Assembly: GCA_047495785.1 (NCBI GenBank)
Contig: JBLDXI010000020.1
Coordinates: forward strand, 1,612,001-1,676,000
DNA: 64,000 bases
DNA from: Lepidodermella squamata
Taxonomy: Eukaryota; Animalia; Gastrotricha
Direction of reading: 5' to 3'
Of this stretch, positions 25,541-35,500 are shown piece by piece. Under the pieces are notes generated by a model. The model was not told where the DNA came from. It worked only from the letters and a program-made list of their open reading frames with translations, and made no database searches. The number at the start of each line of letters is the position of its first letter. Positions within the stretch are counted from its first letter, which is position 1. A program made the translations under genes and the position numbers.

Positions 25541-28014
25541 CTAATGTTCATCAACTCTAGCTAAATCTATCCAGCCTTCGTCTTCAGGTATAGCTTTAGG
25601 TTTCGGCTTGGGTTTCTTTTCTCGTTCTTGGTCGTCGTCTTTAGTCACTCTGCTAGGTTTTATTGAGGATTCCGCCGCTCGCGATGAAGTGCTAGTCATT
25701 GTGTTTACCACAGCAGTTGCTCGTGTCACAGGTTGAAGCATAGAAGGCCTAGCTCGAGTTGAAACTGGAGCGGGAGCAGGAGCAGGGACTCTAGCCGTTT
25801 CGCCCCTAGAGTTTACTGAAACGGTACGGGCAACAGGGACTCTCGGTGTAGGGTCAGCCTGAAGAGCTATCGAATTTGCCTGAGCCTGAGAGACAGCTAC
25901 AGGTCCGATTTGGTTGACTGCTCTTCTTCTAAGAACAGCATTTTCAAGTCTATCACCCCCTGCTGTCATGCTTTCCGGCTTTTTGACAACCATATTTCGA
26001 ATACGCACCTGTAAACTCAATTCGAAGTTGGTTTTCGCGTAAAAGATGACGAAAATTTACGTCTTTCATTATCAGAGATTTCTCCAGGCCTCCAACACTA
26101 ATAGACGTACCATTATCAGGTGAAATTGACACGGCCTTTTCGTCCAAAACCAAGTCGACCTCGTAAAAAAGGTGGAGATCATCGTCATTCTCAAATGGCG
26201 ATGCCTCAGACTGCAAACTGCGCCACTGCTTCCGTTTCCAGCAATCTTCATCTGTGTCCGGGAAGGGCTTGAAAGCGTACTCAGCCATTGCCTTGACAAC
26301 GCTATTCAAACTGATGTTCAGGCTGATTTCCGCCCTATTAGGTTTTTCGTCATCTTCATCATCACTGGCGTTGTTAGGGTCTGCACGGCGGTGTCCGCCT
26401 GTTGAGTTGTTTATCACAATTTCTTCCGTGTCCGCCTTCCCCGACATTGCCCGGTGGGCGGCCTCATCTATAATTATCGTTATGACGCGATAAAAGTCGA
26501 TGGTTAAGACGATCGCGTTTTTGACCGTGAAGAATATGTTCCCGAATGTGATTATGCGCAAGCCGAAGATGAAGTACAGTCGAACGATAAAGAAAGGACC
26601 GTCCTTCGCATAAGCAAGGTAAGATTCAAGTTACAAACAGACATTCCTTTTAGCAGAGCGCTTACTTGCAAGGTAATCGTTAGCAGCATCGCCCACATAT
26701 CGCTGAAGAAGCAGAAACAGGCGGCTTTTTTGAACTTCAGGTCAAAATTTTGCCACTTGATTACTTATTTCTTGTTTTAGCCACTCTTTCAAACCTTATT
26801 TTCTTCCGATCGATGGTCTACGGCTATTCGAGCTGGTCTAGATAATGTTGCCGTTGTATTCAGAGTAAATTGAAGATGGGCACACGAATAAAGCATCTGA
26901 AAGTGATAAAAGTTTATTTAGGATGAAAGCTGAATGATGAACATGCTAACCAACCATTACTAAAATGACGTAGGCCAAATTATTGCCGATGCCAACGTAC
27001 ATCAGAGCGTCAATCATGTCCAGAATATCGGTACCCATTGCGATGTAGACTAGCAAAAGTTGGGACAGTTGAGCTCGAGTCATCACGCCTTTTGGTGACA
27101 TCCATTTCGAGATGACAATTGTAATGAAAAAAAATTGCTCAGCAATTCTAGCCCAATCTGTCGGCCGCAATTCAATCCCACCGAAATTAAACTGAAACTA
27201 AAGGGATTAGAAAAGCTGAAAAAGGTTGGCTGGATTTACCCCGGAGAGTGTTCCGTAGGTTTCGTACTCGAAAATATCGTCAACCTCTTCGAAACTGGAG
27301 GCATTCGGGCGTATAGCGATAGCGTTCCACTTTAAAACGTACAAATCGATTTCGATAATCCAAATAGACATCAATACAGAGGCGACGTAAATAGCCATGG
27401 CAGGGGACCACCTTGACAAAAGAATAAAATTTCACAGACAAATCTAGTCAAATCCTTACCATTTATACTCCTGACCCTTGTTGATGAACCATGAGACAAA
27501 AAATTCAGGGATATATAAAAATATTCTGAAATCTGAATTTTGAGGCATCGATGCAGGGCTTCTAATTAAAATTAGTTACCCCAAAGCTGGCATCCAATAC
27601 ACATACCTGAAAGAATATTGAAATAATTCAGCATTATATAGGTAATTAATTAAAATGCTTCATTTATACCAGGGTTCTTGGGCTACTCCTCCATTGCTTA
27701 TAATACGGCTTGTATTGCTGTGATAACGTCCTTCAGCCAACTCGTACTTGAAATCATCAGCTGAAGTTGGAAAGTTGGATCCATTAACAGCTGCAGCTCG
27801 AAGAGTGATCGCAAAAATAGTCTGTAGGATCGCAAAAATTATTGACAAAATTGTACCAATTTATTCAACCAACCAGTGATAGGATCAATCTGGTGATTAC
27901 GGCCTTGATTAGATCAAAAAATCGTTTCCAGAATTGACTGCAGGCTGCCTTGAAGCGCTTCAGCGCTGCCTTTGATTTGACTTCATTATGATTGGCGTTA
28001 TTCTCTGACAACAT
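25541..28014 (-). CDS. TMEM26-like multi-pass membrane protein, paralogue B (10 exons) with long low-complexity tail
   Basis: Starts MLSENNAN...DLIKAVITRLILSL; WMSPKGVMTRAQLSQLLLVYIAMGTDILD, QDGPFFIVRL...IFFTVKNAIVLTIDFYRV; intron 26060-26009 joins the two overlapping ORFs (KD|VRIRN). Confidence 0.85.
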
Positions 28015-29119
28015 GAATGTGATTTTTATTTATCTGTGATAATTTTAGTATAGTACTTTTTATGACAGCTAGTGACTGCAATGTCGATTGAAATCGGCAG
28101 GAGCGTATTGTAAAATATTAATGAATACAAGCCCTTTTAACTCATCGTTTATCATCTATTACAACCTGGTTTGAGTGAAAGAGTGGCATTTGCGAATTTT
28201 CATTGTTTTTTTCAATCGAATTTTAAGCATCACAAGACAATGATAATTACATTTTTACCCCTGAAGGGACATGTCAATGTATCGCTACGAATCTTTTACC
28301 CAAACGTATTGCAGGCAATATATTTCCAGCAGATCGCGGAGCATAACTCTTACACGTGGTTACGATGTTCAAATGTCTTCAAATCCCACACAGTATAAGG
28401 AATGCAGGGTCATTTGAGGTTCAAATTATGAAGTCAAATTCCAATATAGCTAAGTACCCTATTATATTACTAATTAATTGATGCAAATGTTTCCAGTGAA
28501 ACTCAATCTTGCGTGTTCAGGTTTATTCTCAGCATCAGATATCGTCTCCTGAACTGAATGTCCGAAAGAAATCGATGAAAACATTGCTTGATATTTTTTT
28601 GCATAGGTGCGGGCTTCAACGGACCGATCAAGCTTAAGTGATTCGCTTCATGTGATGAGATTCTAATCAGGATAAATGATTGCCAAGTCGGGGCGCCAAC
28701 CTTTGCCCACCTGTGATGGACGATTTTTGTGCCTGTTATCGGATAATTGAGATTTCCTAATGATGGCCATTCCTTCCTCTCAGAAAAAGGTTGTTTGTAG
28801 TTATTGACTTAGCCATGGACTAAAAGCAACCTGAATTTTCAATTAAATGAAATTGAAACGCTATGTCTTTGAAATGTCCGAAGTCAACCCTCTGTTTTAA
28901 TGAAGATTGAAAAACCGAAAAACGCATGCTTTATTTTTTTAGTGATAACATTCTCGCTGAGGTGCACTTTTAATTTCAGACTTCTTAACACAATATCTCA
29001 AAAACTGGGTAATAAAGTCATTAAACGCGATGATAATATAAAATATTCCTCATGGTATATCAAAAAGACTGTATAATACGACGACGAGGGTTCCATTATG
29101 TTGCATTGGCTCCAGCTTT

Positions 29120-29436
29120 TTAGCGACCCCATTTGAAAATGTTGTGCTTGTAGCCTTTAAGGCCATTGACATCTCCACTGGTTCGCTTGCTCATCGAATT
29201 GTAGCCGTCGCTGTAAAAAAACGTATAAATCAATATAACTAAAGGTGCTTGAGATGAAAATATTACTATTGCGCTTCGTCGAGAACGTTTTGAAGCCAGT
29301 TCAAAAGTTCCGCCTTGTCTTCATCGTTGACAGTATCTTCATCTTCGATAAGCATTGAAGGATTTGCGCTGGCGCAAGAGATCATCAGGGCTACCAAAAA
29401 CCCAGCCAAGGCGAGGATCAAAATTCGGGTGTCCAT
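29120..29436 (-). CDS. Neuropeptide precursor 1 (86 aa), predicted TSGDVNGLKGYKHNIFKW-amide
   Basis: Exons 29436-29267 and 29210-29120 (56 bp GT-AG intron): MDTRILILALAGFLVALMISCASA (signal) NPSMLIEDEDTVNDEDKAELLNWLQNVLDEAQYDGYNSMS-KR-TSGDVNGLKGYKHNIFKW-GR*. Not in the ORF track. Confidence 0.88.
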
Positions 29437-30576
29437 TTTCCTGAAATGCTCTACTGAATTAATATCTAAATGTTAAAATGTTATAGTAAGGATAAACAGG
29501 GACAATTGAGGGTTGGCGATAAGCCTGGCGTCTGAATACAAGACTTCAAAAACAAATAATGATGTGCGTGTTGTGCTGTCTGAGGGTTTCGGGCGATTTT
29601 CGCACCGCTTTATATTTCGAGGGTGTTATAATTCAGCGGCGACGATGATGGCGATGACGAAGAGGGAGAGAGAGAGAGAGCCGCGTAGGCGTAGGGCTTG
29701 TTCATTTCTACAGCCGGGAACGATTACAAATTATTGGCGATGATGGCGAAAATTCGCCAAAAGGCGCGATGAGGCTATAATTTATATGCATTTTTCGCCG
29801 ACGTAGCCGCAAAATGCGCACCTAATAAATACGTGTCCGCCGTTGGTGCCCGAAGTGGTTGATTATTTATTACTCATATTTATACATGGATGGCGATGGA
29901 AACACGATGTCAAATGCCAGGAGCGCAGATGCCGCTTATTGATAAAAAAAATTGCTAATCGAACGTATTAAAGACCGACGCGTAGGATTATATACCACCC
30001 GTTTGTTAAAATTTTTGGTGTTTTTTTTCCCCGTTGCTAACATTTAAATTGCTCTTCGTAATTTTCGGTCACCTCTTGAGGCTGGTATTTCATTAAGTGG
30101 GCCTAAAAAAATAATGCAAATTGATCGGAAAAAGTGCAAGTTTAAAACAGCCATCATTATTCCTTATAAATAATCGATGCGCTGTTTTTCTGCTAAAATC
30201 TTCCTTAATTCTACCCACGTCGCTCTCTTTATTATATAGCTTTAGTCTTCAACTGCGCTTTTTTGCGTCGGCGTTATACAAAAAATGCAGATTTCCCTGT
30301 CAATCAATCGCAATTTAGGGAATAATCCCATCCTTTTATTTTGAACAATGTTCCTTCTTTTTTCCAGCGCGAGTCTGGAGATTAAAGATAACCAAGCGTA
30401 AAAGCCATTGATATGCCATTGATAAATTTTATTGATCAAATATATAACAAAACAAATGGTCTTGCCAATATTTTTCTCCCTTTCGGATGACACGCGATGA
30501 GAACAAAGTACAAAAATGCTGGTTAAACGTAACAGATATATAGGATTTTCCACTAGAAAAACGACCAGTTTTGGTT

Positions 30577-30921
30577 TTAGCCCCATTTGAAGACGTTCGG
30601 TTTGTAGCCTTTCGGCCCGTTTTCCGCCGCATGAGCTGCGTGCATTTTTCGCATTGAGTCAGAGCTAAGCGAGTCATCGCCAACAATTTCAGCGCCTGCT
30701 GTCCGTTTGCTAGCCCGCCCAGCATCTTCAACCGAGCTGCCATAGTCTAGATCGTCCAGGCTCAAACTAGCATCGTCCTTTCGACCGTCCATCAGAGCGT
30801 CGAGTAAGGCATCGACAAACTCTTGCGAATTCGATTCATCGCCTAACCGTTCAACGATGGGTCTCGCTTCACAAAACACAGCTAGGCAGAAAAGAGCGAT
30901 GGTGATTTTCATCATGATCAT
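30577..30921 (-). CDS. Neuropeptide precursor 2 (about 114 aa), predicted ...ENGPKGYKPNVFKW-amide
   Basis: Signal peptide MIMMKITIALFCLAVFCEA, acidic spacer, RK/KR/RK dibasic sites, terminal Gly; C-terminus clearly homologous to precursor 1. Confidence 0.88.
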   Translation of the reverse strand: MIMMKITIALFCLAVFCEARPIVERLGDESNSQEFVDALLDALMDGRKDDASLSLDDLDYGSSVEDAGRASKRTAGAEIVGDDSLSSDSMRKMHAAHAAENGPKGYKPNVFKWG

Positions 30922-32577
30922 TTTGAAAGCCGATGAAGTCAGTATAAAAAAGTCTATAAAAATGAAATTGTAAGCGACACGTGTCAACGACTCTTCAAAG
31001 CACTACCGCTTAGATAATTACAAACAGCCAAAAACGTGTCCTGTTTAGAAGGAAGTTGAAATCAATCGCTGAAAAGCAATTTCTTCCTGACACCTGGGCA
31101 AGAAGCGGTAGCTTTTAACGGTGATTAAAAATGTAGCCACCTGTTAAGACCGTTTGAAAAGCGATTTCACTGAAGGCTTATATAAGGATGCAAGGGCTAT
31201 TCAGATATTTTAATTGAAGAGCTTGGAATTCCGGTTAGCTAATATCCTTACATTGTCTTTTGTCTCGAAACTATAGAGTCGAATTCCAATACTTGTATTT
31301 CCTAAAATACGGTAAGGTACAGTCTAATTGATGCAAATTCTTGCTGTCCATCGGCTTCGTGGCATCTTCTGAGATGGATGTCCGACGAAAATAAAAAACA
31401 TTTTAGACAATTTTCGAAATATTTGCAGTTGCATTGAAAGCTAGGTATATGAGCAGACATGGCTGGGGAATGTGAACTATCAGGCGAAAGCAGTTGAAAA
31501 ATTTAGAATTATATATGACATTTGGGCTGGCTAATAAAGCAACCAATGACGTAAGTCATATGCAGGTTCTTTTACGCACACACCTTGATCGCAACTAAAA
31601 ACAGCCTGGGAAGCATCGAGCCCGATTTGATATCCTACGCGAATTTAAGATCCGATTTGCTCCGGTTACTTGCCAGGGTATCGGACAAATGTTGGGATAT
31701 AATGGCGAATTTGCGTATGTGATTTTGCGGGGTATTATAGCATCACTGCGGTCAGTGTTGGAGTGGCTATTTTCGATTTTCACGATGTTTTAATCCGTCG
31801 CATCGGGCCGTGATAAATAAATTAAAAATTGGAGCGAATGCATACCATAAACCCATTCAATCGCGATTTAATTAGCAAGAAGAGTGGTACAAAAAAATGT
31901 GCCGTCAAGGCGACACGATAGCCACTACGGTGTGAGCTATAGTATACTTATTGCTTGAACGAGCTAACAGCAAACAATAGGGTGAGCATGATGTGGTTTT
32001 AAATAGCACTCGAATCCAGAGTAATCCAAAGCGTGCCATCCGTCTACGCGTTTCAAGTGAAACCCCGAGCGCACGATGCAATTTGCCGCCGGATGTCAAC
32101 GAGTATTGCGACCGGTGAATGATTCACACAGGGCGCCGTCATAAAAATCTGATTCCTCTACACCACGATTAGGTCAGCATCAGCCAAAAGCGCATGAGAA
32201 CACACGGACGACCTGAAGTGAAATTCATTGCATTTTCTTTATTGTTTAAATCGCGTCTTCGAAGTTTTAAATTTAAAACCATATTATATAAGACAATAAT
32301 ATTTATGGGAAATGACGAGTTCGCGAGTTCATATATTCACAGCACGAACGACACGTATTTTGATCTTCGTATCACATTATTGAGAAAAATCAGCATCAAA
32401 GAAAAATAAAACAAGGAACGTAAAAAATAACGAAAAAAAAGATTGAAAAATCTCTTTTTTAAAGTGGAAATAAAAGGCAGCACACAAATTCAGGTAATTT
32501 TTTGTTTACAATTTAAGGAAGATTCTCAGAGCATTTAATATAAAAAGAGCAACGTATCATTTTTTGAGAGCAATTTT

Positions 32578-35500
32578 TCAAAGATGAATGTCTGGCATGA
32601 GTCTAGCGCCGGGTGGAAGTGCGCTCGATGAGGAGTGGTGATGGGTAGAGGCTGACTGCCGCTGGCGGTGGCTCGACTCGTCGTAGCCGTAGATGAGCTC
32701 AGCCACGCCAACAGACGACCGCTCGTCACCCACTGCGCCGATAATGGCGTCGTCGAAAACAGCGCCGTGGTTGTCCTGGCCGAATTGATGATTATTGCTG
32801 GTCGACCGGCGCTGCGTAATGACGCCGACATGCTGGCTGCTCGCTTTTTCAGACGCAGTGCTACCCGCGCTGCTATCCCCGCTGCTACTGCTGCTGGCCA
32901 GGATCATGTCGGTGAAAACAGCGATTTGTTTGCTGGTAGCCATATGATGAGTCGCTGGCAGATTTCGAGCGCCGATTAGCCGGTCTGAGGTTCCGATGCC
33001 ACTAGCCCCGCTAACGCTGCTGCCCGTATCGTGGCATCGCCAGCAACAGAAACGGTCGAAGCATGGCGTTCGGCAAAGTCCGTAGACGAAGAAAACGTAG
33101 ACACCCTGTTTAAAAATTTTCATAAATTATTATCAAATTTGCATATTCATTGCCGTCAGATTATCTTAGGGTCATTTTTCTCTCACTGCGGATTCCTGCG
33201 ATCTAGAATGCACTATATTTTATGAATCCAAGCTCAAAATAATGATGGCTGGGGACAGTCAAAAAACGTCGCCCGAGATAAAATGGGTCAATATTCTTGC
33301 AAATCAACGTTGATTGCGTGAAATGCGTGGCAAACAGGAGCGCCGAAAATAGCTGCATGTACGAAATTAATGTTCAACTTTATATCCCGACTTTCACTCG
33401 ACTAAAATACAGGTCGAAATAGAATTTGGACGATATAATTGAATTGAAAACAACCAGTTCAGCAAATTTCTAGCTCGAAAACAACCCCTAGAGCTTCAAT
33501 GGCTAGATTAAGGACACATGAGCGCTTTGAACTCATTTTCTCCGAAGTCCGGGTATTTTTCTCATCTTGTCTCTTACTCAGGTTTCATATCAAAGCAACC
33601 CTTGACATCCAGGTATGAGGGAAATGTAAGAAGAGCTGAATAGACTTTGGACATTGCACTTCCTAAATCCCCGTCTTTTCGAATAAAAAACGAATATAAA
33701 AAAAGTGTTGCAAACCTGTATAAGACTGAAGGCGAGGAAAAGGGCGAGCCACCAGAAGTCGTTGAAGGCGAGATGTAGACCACCCCACAGCCAGGTGATA
33801 GCCGTCAGTGCCCACCAGGGCAGCATCAAACTGATCTCGCGCGAGTTGAACCTGCCACGGTACAAATCGTCATACGCATGCCACTGCGCTCTGAGTTGGA
33901 ACGCGTGGACGAAAAGGCCAGCTGCGGCTAATAGCGACAAAACAGCAGGCACGACTACGCCGAGAGACCCAGCAATCGGGTCAGTGACGAAGCACACATC
34001 GCCGAAGTTGCCAACATTGCCGTAGATAGCCGCCTCCGCGCGGGCCGAGCTTGCGTAGAATTGTTTGAAAACGTGGAAAGAGCCGGCGTAGAAGATGGCG
34101 ACAACAAAGGCCGGTACGCCCCAGCCTAATATGAAGAACCACACGTACTTACGCCGCGTGTGCTCGTCATTCAACACGAAAATACGCCACAGATTCAACG
34201 CCTGCGTGAATATCCACGTGAACTGCGCGACGAAGAAGTAATGCAACACCACGCCAATTACGGTACACTTGTAATGATCTGACGTCGATAGAGTGGTTAA
34301 AACTAGCAGGTGTGACTTGCTCAGTAGAACATCGATCGCATATACGAGTTGCGTAGCAAAGGCCGCAAATATTATATGCATGTTCAACGATGCGGAAAAT
34401 TGCGCGTGTGGCGAGCGCACGTGGTGGCAAATTAAGGTGGCTAGTAAAAATAGGCAAGAAAGGCCAAGGGCGGCGGCGAAATAGGGTGGATAGCCGTCGC
34501 GGCGTGGTATTCTAGCTCCGTATGACGAAAAATGTCGGCATCGGCATTGAACGAAGTCGTCAGTTCCGGCTGATAGGTCATTTTCCACGCTACATAACTC
34601 GTTGTGCCATGTGTTGTCGGCCGTTGAAGAGGCCATGTAGAAGCATTTTGCGTGATTTGGGGCAATTGCGTTGTTGGGCATATGTACGCGGTATTCGACA
34701 GCTGAGTCCAGGACCCCGAAACCCTCGCCGCCTCGCCACAGTTGCTCTTCATTTGGCACCGTGACCGTGAGTACTTTTCCACCGATCATGTCGTGCTGAA
34801 GAGGCTCGTCCGGTCGGTCGAACCACAAGGTCGATGAGTACTCAATGAAAGCCACGTTCGCGCAGGTTGGAGATGACGCAGCAAAAATATTGCTGTAAAG
34901 AAAAAAATAAAAAAAATCCTCCTTAATAAATTGAAAATACTTACCCGCTATCTGACATAGCAGCAGTTGCGATTTTGTCAATCAGATCATCTGGTAGCCG
35001 GACCCAATCGCCGAGTTTGCCTCGGAACGTGAAGCCGCGCTCGACAGTTCGCCGTCGCAGCTCCGACGCCTTCGCGCTAACAGCCTGGAAGCTGAAATGC
35101 GAACACGCAGCCGTTACAGGGTTCGAATCGCTATAGAACTGCTGATAGCTGTTCGCAGACGTTGATGAGCAGTTCGTCGTTTGTTGCAAACTGCGCAGTA
35201 CTAAGCTATCTAAAATTCGAGCCAAGGTCGTTCGCCCGACAACTGCGTCACGGCGCTTCGGGTTCGCAAGGTGACACAACGTGTTGAAGGCCGCATCACG
35301 GTACGCCGGGGTCAACGGGCGGCTGGCGACTGAACTCAAAACAGACTCAAGCCGGCCTAATTGCGCTTCGGTTAGCGAGTACGACGTAGCTGTGTCTTGC
35401 ACCAACTTCAGGGTACTTCCAACATCTACGTCCGCGACCAGGGCTTGAGCAACCGCCTGCCAACTTGTCAACTCTTCAGGCCGGACAATCGTAACATTCG

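Noticed and set aside
25953-26060. Overlapping ORFs suggesting a frameshift in TMEM26-like B
   Set aside because: A canonical 52 bp intron (26009-26060) explains it and restores alignment to paralogue A.
30577-30600. FKWG as a leucokinin
   Set aside because: Kinins need F-x-x-W-G-amide; here only one residue separates F and W and the Gly is the amide donor.
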